A stretch of 59,087 nucleotides of DNA, the filler included, from Jimgerdemannia flammicorona (lineage: Eukaryota): the NCBI GenBank assembly GCA_003990765.1. It is 3 parts of 3 records of this genome, joined end to end, with 100 filler letters (N's around TTAATTAATTAA, not from the genome) between each part and the next. Parts side by side here need not be neighbours in the genome. Positions count along the whole stretch, not along the records: positions 19,730 to 39,358 come from RBNJ01001892.1; positions 39,459 to 59,087 come from RBNJ01001893.1; 1 more part is not named here. One strand, 5' to 3'. The notes beneath the pieces are model-generated. The model did not search any database. It worked only from the letters and a program-made list of their open reading frames with translations, and was not told where the DNA came from. Below, one piece after another: positions 37,267 to 48,300 of the stretch. Both the position numbers and the translations under genes were made by a program. Numbering within the stretch: position 1 is the stretch's first letter; each line of letters opens with the position of its first letter.

Positions 37267-39358
37267 ATATATAATTATATAAAAAAATAAATTAATTATT
37301 ACTTTTTTTTTAATAATTTAAATAATATACTACTATAAAAACTTAAATACTATACAATAAGTAGTTTTTATCTTCTTAAGTCTTTAAGAATTAATAAGAG
37401 CTATATTTATTATCCCTTAGGTTGTAAAGTAGACAAATATACCTGCAAAAATTATGATACTTATATATTTTAGCTAATATTTATTTTATTAAATTTTAAA
37501 TTATCGTTTTACTTATTATAACAATTATATTTTTTTTATTTATAATTAGAATATACCAAATTTGAAAATTATTTTTTTATATTTGTTATAATTTTTTTAT
37601 ATATAAATTATTTAGTAAAACTTTATTTTACCTTTTTTAGAAATTATAAAAATAATATATATTATTATAGATATTATGGTTGATTATATTTTAGCAGACA
37701 AATTTGCCTACATCTTTAAATTTGACTTCGTTTTTCTTACAGATCATGGGATAATAAACTATATAAGAACTAATAATAATATAATATTATTAATATAGAA
37801 AATCTAGCTATAAGCTATCTATTATATTGATAAAATTAAAATATTAACTCAATATAAACTATTAAGAAGTAAGTGAGAATTTAAATATTTTTTATATCTA
37901 AATCTATTATTATTTAGTTTTTATTAATTATATAGATATTATTTGGGATTAAGTAACTAAAGTAATCTTATAAAAAAAATTTATCTAAAAATAGTTCTTG
38001 TTATTTACTTTATATACATATATCAATAGTTTTAAATTTATCATAAAAGATAATCTATGCTCAGTAATATTAAATAGTTAAAAACTCTCAAAACTATAAT
38101 AAAAAGAGTTATAAGAATTAAAGCTCTTAATAATTCTGAGTTTGATCAACTTGAGATATAAATATGATATTTTTCTTATACTCTATTAGAAATAATACTT
38201 AGATAAGACCTATATTATAGGTACTTTGAAACTCAGTGCTTTCTCAAAAACTCAGAACTTAGGGCCAATAGTTACTATTAACTATCTATAAGATATTAAT
38301 TCTATTAGTATATTATTTTATTATATTTTGATAATAGTAAGTAGTTACTTTTTACCCATAAGCAATCTTTTTTTAAGAAACTATTATAGATAATTAGAAC
38401 TAGTCAATATTACCAACATTGTCAGTAATGGTTAAAAAATATCTTTACTCTAAATACTCCTCAGACTTAAGCTAATGAATCTAACAAAATTATTACTAAG
38501 TAGACCAAACCTCATACTAGCTAAGAGGAGTTTGATAAACTTAACAATAAAACTATCTAAAAAGTATTCAACATCTTCCTTATACTCAACAAAGAAGTCC
38601 TCTATACTACTGAACTTAAGGAGAAATTCAATAAGTTAATTAATAGCTACTTTTATAAGAAATATATATGAGAATCCATTGAGACTATAAGTAAATATTT
38701 TCTGAACCTCTTTCTTAATTATAAGTATATAACCTCCAAGGTATCAGAATTATAGCAAGATCATGAAGCTAAGTTAAACTGAAGTAACAGATCATGAAGC
38801 TAAGTTAACTTGAAGTTACAGAACACAAGACTTATAAAAATAGAATCTTACTAATTAAGATTGATAGCATATATATTAGATATATAGTATACCAAAATAG
38901 AGAACTATAAATAATAACTATAAATTCTCAAACATATATCTAGTTATAACTACTGAAGTTTATAACTATATCTATATATGAGAGAGTTGGAGGATGAGTA
39001 ACTGATATTGCAATGGGTGCTGGTAATTTGAGTTAGACTGGTGAGACATTGGCTCTTTATATTTGAGAAGAGTTAATAGTTGATATTAAGGGTGAGGGTG
39101 GCTAGATGGGAGTAGCTGATGATGGATATATTGAATGGGTGATAGAGGAGTAGGAGTACTGGTAGGGGGTATCAGTAATAATTGGTAGAGACAATCTATA
39201 AGAAGAGTGAAGAGAGGATTATGGTAGCAGAGAGGTTGGCAGTGTTTTAGAGAAATGGTGAGAGTGAGAGAGGTTTTCTGAGTGGGATTGGGTGAGGAGT
39301 ATATTTTAGTAGTATATTATAGACAGTTTGGTAATAAAGTGGAAGTCTATATAATTAT
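37267..39358. other. Very AT-rich, CpG-depleted relic sequence, not classifiable
   Basis: No long ORF. A 31-bp tandem duplication lies at 38758-38819, and the composition resembles heavily mutated repeats. Confidence 0.4.
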
Positions 39359-39458
39359 NNNNNNNNNNNNNNNNNNNNNNNNNNNNNNNNNNNNNNNNNN
39401 NNTTAATTAATTAANNNNNNNNNNNNNNNNNNNNNNNNNNNNNNNNNNNNNNNNNNNN
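39359..39458. other. Artificial 100-bp spacer (N run with TTAATTAATTAA)
   Basis: Same linker as at 19630-19729. Confidence 0.95.
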
Positions 39459-39911
39459 ATCAGTTCTGTCCAGACTCTGATCCCGAACCATATTAAAGTC
39501 CCCACCGAGAACATCTACCCCTTCCTCCAAGAGAGTACCCTCCTCCAGCAATCCCCTAATCCAAGCAATCCGCTCACCCCTAGCCGCAGGGCAGTAGCAA
39601 GAGCCCACCTTTACCGATTCCCAACCTGGCCGATGCCAATCTCCCCAGACCAAGCTATCACCCCAGCTCCTGATTCCCCCCAAGTCTCCTCTGCCTTTCC
39701 TCACCAGAATTGCTACCTTTCCAAACCACGCAGCAACCCCTCCCCACTCCTTAGTCCACTCCGCCCGATCATCTTCATCCTCACATCGAACATCCTGCAA
39801 TAAAAAGAGATCAGCCTCCAATCCCTTGAGCCAAGTAAAAATGTTCCAACACCGCCCAGATCCCCTTAGCCCATTCACATTCAAGGAAAAAATGTTGGTT
39901 GTACTGTTCAT
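39459..39911 (-). CDS. LINE ORF2 N-terminus, APE-type endonuclease (partial)
   Basis: IFSLNVNGL, DLFLLQDVR, VAILV, CYCP and GGDFN motifs. Confidence 0.9.
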
Positions 39912-39943
39912 AGAGAATAATGATATATAACAAAGCCCATCCT

Positions 39944-41961
39944 CTAAAAGTCGGCATCCAGCCTCTCCTGCGCCAAGTCCAAGTTACGTTCAGCAGCCAG
40001 ATCCCTCTTCCCAGCTTCCCGTGCCTCCAACTCCCCCAGAAGTTCAACCATCGCCCCATCCTCACGCTCCTCAAAATTCTCGCGATACTCCAGACATGCC
40101 GCCTGCCAGAGCTGTAGACCCCGACGTTCCGCCCAACAGTAAGCTGCCCTCTCAGCAGCGACCACCCCCAGGTCTGCCTTCCTCACCTCATCCACCTCAT
40201 ATCCCTCCTCCTCCAGCAATATCGTCAGAATCTCCACCTTCAGCGCCTCCACCATTCCATCCCCATGCAGGATCCTAGCCCAATGCTCCTCAGGCATCGC
40301 CCGCAGGTCCACCTCCCCCAATGCTTCTGCCGCGAGGTCATCCATCACCTTGCGTACCCACAGCAAGTTCCCCTCCTCTTTCCCTCCCGGAGTCCCCGGC
40401 CGCCCTGCATCCAACATTGTAGTATCAGCTCCTACACTAGCAGCCTCATCCCACTCCTCCTCAGGGACATCCCCCAGCTCATCCTCTCCAACCGCCACCA
40501 CTTGACCCCCTTGAGCCACATCAGGGACCCCAAAGCGCACCTGCTGGGCCCCCTGCATCCGTGTATCCTCCGGCCTTCCTCACATCCCCACTGGGCCCCT
40601 CCTGATAAGTGGGGGGGGGGTGGCCTCCAACTCCGGCTCCCACACTTCAAAGGTACCCTCAGCAAACGGGTCCTTGACCAGCCCCTTCCCAGCACCTGCC
40701 TCCTTCACCTCCACCTCCTCTCCTCCTTTACCAGCCCAGACACTGGCCTCAGCACCCCCAGACTCCTTGGCTTCACCCGACGGCTTCTTCCCCCCACCCG
40801 ATATATCCTCCAACAGCTCCTTCTGCCTCTTGCGACCCTGGATCCACTCCCACTTCTTCTTATCCATACGGATACGCCTCCCGCCCACAACCTCCAGATG
40901 TGTCGATTCCTCGAACAGTTTCCAAGCCTTCGCCCTCCTCTCTACAGCACCACCCAACTCCTCCAGCGCCTCCAACAAGTCCTCCTCCTCCTCTTCGCTC
41001 CCCTTCACCCTCGACACCTTGCAGATGACAGCCCCCCACATCAGCACCGAGGGCCAGTCACTCGGCTTCCCTGTGGCCTCTTTCCCTGCCAACCGAATCC
41101 TGACATCGACGTCGCCCGTCCTGATAGTCGTCCCCTCCCACAGTTGAAATCCAATGTCCACCACATCGCCATACTCAACCATCACCTCCTCCACCCTCCT
41201 CCTAGTCTCCTCCTTAGTCACCATGGGCACCCCCCTCACCAGAAGCTGCACGACCCTGGGATCCCACCTCAAGCACCTAACCATGGAGACCACTACCTCC
41301 CCAACCATCACTCCTGACTTCATGGCCTTGTCCAGTAGGCCCGCCTCCTCAAAGCCCACCTCCACCCCCTCCATGCCCTTCAAGAACTTCACCGAGGCTG
41401 CACCAGCCACCTGCTTCGAGATAAGCCCCAAGACCATCCTCGCCGTCACCGCCAAGCCCCGGAAGCACAAGGTAGCCACGAACTCCGAGATCGACTTTTT
41501 GAGCAACGGGGCTACCGCCAGTCCTGTTACACCATCAGCCAGGTCCCCCTTCCGCATCGGGAGCCCCTGCCCCCCCTGGCCATCAACTGTCACATCTCTT
41601 TTTTTTTCCAGATTCGCCGTCACGCCACCATCAGCAGTCCCACCACTACCTCCAGCCATCCCTCCACTTCCCCCACCTCCACCCAGCGAAGGTCCAGCTC
41701 CCCCAGTAGTTCCATCCTTCTGCTTCTCCTTCCCTCCTGCCAGTCCACCACGAGTGCCCAATGGCCAGCCCCCACCCCTCAACGTGTCCGCAAAGCTCCT
41801 CCCCTGCTTCCCTCCAGCCCCCCCACCAGTGCCACCTCCACTACCCGAGCCGCCCTGCCCACTCGAGCTACCGAAAGACCCCCCCTCTCGACAGTCTGCC
41901 AGTCGAAGGCCCCAGGTCCACCCGACCTAGTACGTGCGTCGGCTTGCTTGCTGGTTGACAT
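39944..41961 (-). pseudogene. LINE ORF1 (Gly-rich N-terminus, RRM-like core, acidic C-terminus), frameshifted
   Basis: ATG at 41961. Frameshifting deletion near 41885 relative to the copy at 1-204, and a second shift between ORFs 40580-41782 and 39944-40558. Confidence 0.75.
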
Positions 41962-42040
41962 TGCCTTAGTATCTTTTGCCAATAAATGCTTCGAAAGTAT
42001 GTTGAAAAGTGTGTGTAATGTGAATTGTAGCGGAGAAAGA

Positions 42041-43096
42041 TGCTGTATACTGCCTATATCCCTCAAGGAGCTCAACTTCTCCACCTCCTCCCATGCATCC
42101 AGACCTCCACTTCTCCCCCCTGCACTCCTCCCTCCATCAGTTCTGTCCAGATGCTGATCCCAAACCATATTAAAGTCCCTACCGAGAACATCGACCCCTT
42201 CCTCCAAGAGAATATCCTCCTCCAGCAGCTCCCTAATCCATGCAGTCCTCTCACCCCTACCTGTGGGGCAGTAGCAAGAGCCCACCTTCACCGATTCCCA
42301 CCCTGGCTGATGCCAATCTCCCCAGACCAAGTGATCACCCTAGCTCCTGATTCCCCCCAAGTCTCCCCTACCCTTCCTCACCAGAATCACCACTTTTCCA
42401 AACCAAGCAGTAGCCCCACCCCATTCCCTAGTCCACTCTACCCGATTGTCCTCATCCTCATACCGAACATCCTGTAGTAAAAAGAGATCAGCCTCCAATC
42501 CCTTGAGCCAAGTAAAAATGTTCTTATGCTGCCCAGAGCCCCTTAACCCATTCACATTCAAAGAGAAAATGTTGGTTGTACTATTCATAGAGAATAATGA
42601 TATATTGTGATTCCATCCTCTACAAGTCCACATTCGGCTCCTCCTGCACCAAGTCCAAGTCATGTTCAGTAGCTAGTTCCCTTTCCCCAGCTTCCTGTGC
42701 CTCCAACCCTCCCAGAAGTTCTACTATTGCCCCATCTTCTTGCTCCTCAAAGTCCTCATGTTACTCTAGACAGGCCTTCTGTCAGAGCTGCAAACCATGA
42801 CACTCTGCCCAACAGTAGGCTGCCCACTTATCAGTGACCACCACCAGCTCTGCCTTCCTCACCTCATCAACCTCATATTCCTCCTCCCCTAGGAAGATTA
42901 TAAGAATCTCCACCTTCAGTGCCTCTACCACTCCATCGCCATGCAGAATCCGCGCCCAATGCTCCTCAGGCATTACCTGCAGGTCCACTTCTCCCAATGC
43001 CTCTGCTGTGAGGTTATCCATCACCTTGCTCATCCACAACAAGTTCCCCACCTCCTTCCCTCCTGGAGTCCCCGGCTGCCCTGCATCCAACATCAT
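42041..43096 (-). mobile_element. Older, CpG-depleted fragment of the same LINE (ORF1 end + endonuclease)
   Basis: Colinear with 39459-40420. It is cut at 42040 by the younger LINE 5' end and at 43097 by the C1 LTR. Confidence 0.88.
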
Positions 43097-43881
43097 TGTA
43101 ATAACTCTCACTTCTACCCCTCTCTTATTCTTTGGATAATTAGGGAAGTGGACTATTACTTAGGGACTTAGTATACAATGTATACCAAGAAGCCTTCAGT
43201 TTGAGAAAGTGCTTGCTTATAAATAGTTGTAGTGGCAGTGCCTTCTGTTTCAAAGGTCTTTCTCTTGTGCCCTATTTCAAGGGTCTTATTCCTTGCTGTG
43301 CACAGACTGAATTCGCCTTGGAATTCAGGTTCAATGGGTTTACTTAAGTCTTTAGGGATTTATATACCAGTCTCAGTTCTGGCAGAAGTTAGCTAGGCTT
43401 CTGGAGTTTAGTCAGAAACACTAGAGTCACTTAGGTGTCATTATTAAGACTCAGGGGAATATGTGTGTGTGGGGGGGACTTGATTCTTGTATCAAGAACT
43501 GAACTAAAACTGCTTTATTTCAGATGGAAACTGGGGAGTATTTATACAAGTTGGTCTGTGATTTCTGACTAAGTATGAGTGACTAATTTGGTAACTATAA
43601 TGAGGTTTGTGATCATGACCTTTGTCAGGTGGTTTTTTGCAAAAAACATCTTTGTGATCAGGACCTCAATTACTAGGCAATGATCAGCTACTGTGGCAAC
43701 TGTTGCTGCAGTGCTGATTGTTGGAGATAAGCTGGATATCATTTTTCACGTCATTTTTGCATCGTTTGTCCATTTGTCATTTGTTATTCATATGTTGTGC
43801 TCGATCATTGATGACATCATTGCCAGTCATATGATCGCTTGTCACATCTTGTCTGTTTGCTCATTCATTCATTGTATTACA
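43097..43881 (-). repeat. 3' LTR of C copy 1 (785 bp)
   Basis: TGTAATA...TATTACA termini; PPT (minus AAGGAGGGAAGGA) adjacent. Confidence 0.92.
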
Positions 43882-43892
43882 TCCTTCCCTCC

Positions 43893-44726
43893 TTAGAAAT
43901 CAATGTCCTTGTTGATTCAGAAATTGAGAACCAGAGGAGAATCCTCCTCAGGGTTGTTGTCATCTTCTTCAATAGTAGGGGAGATAGTGATTGCTGATGG
44001 CTTGCTGTCCAGGGTAGAGAAGTCAATGAGATCTGCAAATGGTTCTTACATGGGGATGGATGCTGGTGTAGGGGTTCTCCATCTGATACAGTTGGGGCCA
44101 TCCAAGTAGGGTTCTTGATCTTCATGTCTAGGAATATCCATTCGGATGGGCTGTCCTTCAAAGAGGTCAGATAGGCCTTAGAACCATTGGTCAGGGTTGT
44201 CATTCAGGAGGGGGCTCCAGTAGGGTTCACAGTCAGTAGACTTGAGGGTGATCCATGAGTTGGCTTCTTGGGCTATCTTGATCTCTAGTTCATCAACCTT
44301 GAAGAAAGAGAGGTTCTGGAAGTCCTTCAGTTGGACATAATTGAGGTTTGGGATTGTGAAGAGTGCATGGCACATGATTCGATGGACCTTCTTGGCAAGT
44401 CTTTGCTTGCTTCCATCCAGGTGGGTCCAATCAGAGACTTGATCCATGGGCAGGTCCTTTGCCCATTGGAGGAGTTGGTGGCCAATCTCGTATTCATGCC
44501 AGATCTCTAGGCAGCTGGTAGCAAGGTAGGCTCTTTCAATGACATTATGGCTGTTGAGGACATAGTGTCCTAGGTCCTGGCTGGAGAGGTTAAGGGCCTC
44601 TGAGTAGCAGTTCCTTCTTTGGATAGCAACCTGGATGTGTCCAAAGAGGCAGTCAACCTGGCTTGGGAGGGGCTGACTATGGCGGGCAGTTTGGCGGTGG
44701 GTAGCTTGGCTGTGGGTAGCGGGCAT
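43893..44726 (-). pseudogene. Accessory ORF3 of C copy 1 (~280 aa), unknown function
   Basis: ORF 44178-44726 plus its in-frame continuation (GLSDLFEG..NCIRWRTP..FADLIDFS..SPLVLNF); ends at the PPT. Confidence 0.82.
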
Positions 44727-45369
44727 TCTTGTCTTGTCTTTTCTTTGTGAGGAGAGGGAGATGAAGGTTACGGGGTATTCTTGCTTTGGGTATTTATACT
44801 TATTTCCCCCTCTGGTGTGATCTTCCTTTGGTCATGCTTTCTAGTGAAATGTGTGACCTATTGCTGTAAGTGGGACATGTACTGGTCATATGAGAAAATC
44901 CTGATTTTAACGATATCGTCACTCATAGTTGTGGTTACACAGGGTTAACAGGTCTTGGTCCACTTTTTTTTTGTCTGGTTGGCACATTTGTGAGGACTGG
45001 CCATCCTTGTCTAGGGCAAGGGCTCCTATTGTCATGGCTGGGGGTTTGAACCTCTCGGAAATAGACATTTCTTGTAATCCGAGGCAATTTCTAGTAATAA
45101 TATCTGTCACATGAATGGACTTAGACTGGTTTTGACATTGTCAGCTTTCCTAAGTTCCACATGAAGCATCCATAATCATCCAGCGGAGATGATACAGATG
45201 GTGTGAAATGGAGTTGTTCAAATGTATTTTGCTGTACTGTGCTAGACTGTTCTTTACTCGAGCATCTTCTTGTTGATTATCCATAGTATTCCTTTTTCTG
45301 CAATGTTCAGTATTATATGTTTCCAGATAAAATATATGATATCCTTCTGCTCACTATGTGCTCTAATTC

Positions 45370-48300
45370 TCAGAGCTGCAGGTCCTTCCTTTGTGGGGGA
45401 GTAAGTGTTTCCATATAGTCCTGGAGGGCTTCGCGTGCATTCTTCAGAGCTTCTTCTTTTTCCCAAGTGGCGTCATGGGTGGGGTAACCCTTCCACTTGA
45501 TCAGGAAAAACTGCTTGACTGTTTTGGGATATTTGCAGACCTTGTGGTCAAGTACTTCCTCAATTTCGAATTCCTCATGATTATTGATCCTAATTGGGGG
45601 CGGTGGTAGAACTGTATGCTTGGGGAATGGGTTCTCATAGTAGTCCACCAATTGGCTGATGTGGAATACTGGGTGTACTCGGATATTGTGAGGGAGTTGC
45701 AACTTGTAGTTGACTTTGCTGATCTTTTCCACAATCTTATATGGTCCAATTCTTCTAGCATGGAATTTTTTAGCTAATTGTTGTACTAGGGTGTCTGGAT
45801 AGAGGTGGTCTGTTCTAAGCATGACCATATCACCAATGTTATAGGAGACTTCTCTTCACTTCAAGTTTGCATAATTGGTTTGGTAGTCTTGTGCTTCTAT
45901 GATGGCATCTCTTGTTATTCACATAAGGTCAGAAATGGTCTCGGCCAGATCTTGGGCTGCTGGGACTGTTGATTTCGCAGTAGTGCTTGGAGTTCTTGAG
46001 TGTTGATCATGGTTCAGGAAGAATGGAGTCTTCTTTTTGGAGGTTTACTGACTGTTATTGTAGGCAAACTCGGCATGGACTATATACTTGTCCCAATCAT
46101 TTTGCTTGTAACAGCAGAAGATGCTAAGCATCTGTTTGAGAGTCCTGTTGGTTTGCTTGGTTTGACTGTCAGTCTGAGGATGGTAGGCAGTAGAGAACTT
46201 CAGCTTGGTTCCATTGAGAGAGAAAAATGCCTTCCAGAAGTTGCTTGTGACCTTGGCATCTCGGTCAGATACAATAGTGCTAGGCATGCCATGTAGCCTG
46301 AATACTTGGTTGAGGAAAATCTCAGCAATCTCTGGTGCTATAGCGGTGGTCTTAGTGGGTGCAAAATGAGCTTGTTTACTTAGGCAATCTACGAATACCA
46401 CAATGGCATCCCATTCTGCCTTGGTCTTGGGGAGTTGGACAATGAAGTCTATTGCAATCTGATCCCAGTTGTGGCTCAGGATAGGCAAGGGTTACAGGAG
46501 TCCTGCTGGTAGTTTGTTACCACTTTTGAACCTTTGGCATATCTCACATGAGGCCACAAAGTCTTTGATATCCTTGGTCATCTTTGGCCAGTAGAACTCT
46601 CTTGAGAGGAGGCTGTAAGTCTTTTCAAAACCAAAGTGTCCTGCTGCAGGAGTATCATGGAGTTCCTGCATGATCTTGAGTTGCAGAGAATCATTGTTGG
46701 ATACAACCACTCTGTTATGGTCCCGGTAGATAAGTCCATCATGGTAAGTGAATCTCTTGGCCATTTGCCTCATGGGTTCTGGGACCTTGGCCTCTGGGTC
46801 TTGGCAGAATTGAAGGATGTTTGTCAGGGGGCTGTCCTGCTGATAGCCATCCTTGATCATCTGGATAAGGTCTCCAATTACCTCAATCATGAAGACAAGT
46901 TCATCTTCCATGTACCTAGAGAAACCATCAGCCACACAGTTGGTTTTGCCTGGGATATACTTGATTTCCATATCAAAGTTGGCAATGATTTCCATCCAGC
47001 AGGCTTGTCTGTGGGTCAGCATGGGCTTTGTGTGAATATACCACAGGGCATGGTGATCAGTATAGGCTACAAATGGTTGTCCTAAGAGGAAATAGCACCA
47101 TTCCTGGAGTGCAGTAACAATGGCCAGGAGTTCCTTCTCGTGGGTGGTATACTGGGTCTCAGCTGGCTTGAGCTTTTGGGAAAGATAGGCCACTGGGCAG
47201 TCTTCTTGGCTGAGCACTGCCCCAATAGCAATGTCAGAGGCATCTGTGGTCAGGGTGAATAACCTGGTAGAGTCAGGTGCAATTAGCACTGAGGCCTCAG
47301 TAAGGAGTCTCTTGAGATGGTCCATAGCCAGAGTGCATTCGGAGGTCCATTCAGTCTTAATGTTTACTCCTTTGTGTGCCAGATTGGTTAATGGGGCTGC
47401 AATGGCAGAGTATCCTTGGATAAACCTTCGGTAGTAACCGGCAATACTCAGAAAGCACTAGAGTAGCTTGAGGGTAGTGGGGATGGGAATATCCTTAAGG
47501 GCTGATACCTTTCGGGGGTCTACATTGATACCTTCAGCAGATATGATATGTCCTAGGTACTCAATCTGGTCCTGAAAGAACTTGCATTTGCTCATCTTGG
47601 CATAGAGCTGGTGTTCTCACAGAAGGGTCAGTACTTGTCTGAGGTGGGTGTAGTGTAGCTCTACTGTCTCACTGTAGATTAGTATATCATCAATATACAC
47701 AAGGACACAGATGTTGAGGAGTGGTCCAAAGATGTCATTCATCAGATACTGGAATGTTGCTGGTATATTGATCAAACCAAAAGGCATGACTCAGAACTGG
47801 TAGTGTCCAAACAATGTTCGAAAAGCTGTCTTCTCAATATCCTTCTCATCAATGAGAATCTGGTGATAGCCATTTTGCAAGTCTAGTAGGGAAAAGGTCT
47901 GGGCCTTGAAGATTTGGTGTAGCAACTCATCAATCCTAGGCAAGGCATACCAGTTCTTGATGGTGATCTTGTTGAGAGCTCTGTAGTCAATACACATTCG
48001 CAGAGAGCCATCCTTCTTCTTGACAAATAGAATGGGGGCTCCAAATGGAGAGCGGCTGGGTTCAATATATCCTTGGGCCAGTAATTTGGTCAATTGATCC
48101 TTGAGGGTCTAGAGCTCAGATTGGGCCAGTTGATAGATACTCTTATATGGGGGTTCAGATGCTGGGATAAGATCAATTCTATGTTGGATTTGGTGCTTGG
48201 GTGGAAGTTCTTGGGGGTTTTGGAATACATCTTGGAATTCTTCAAATAGTTCTTGAGCTTCTGTTGGAATTGGGCTACTTGTAGCTTCAGTGACTTCTTG

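Larger units (their letters stand above)
39459..42040 (-). mobile_element. L1/Tx1-like LINE, 5' portion (ORF1 + start of ORF2), little mutated
   Basis: The 5' UTR matches 205-283. ORF1 is followed by an APE endonuclease ORF2. GC-rich with CpGs intact. Confidence 0.9.

Noticed and set aside
40021..41930. Long Pro/Ser/Leu-rich plus-strand ORFs (up to 350 aa)
   Set aside because: They are antisense shadows of the G-rich LINE ORF1 and have no independent motifs.
43893..44726. ORF3 as an env gene
   Set aside because: The position fits, but I see no signal peptide, furin site or transmembrane helix, and it is short.
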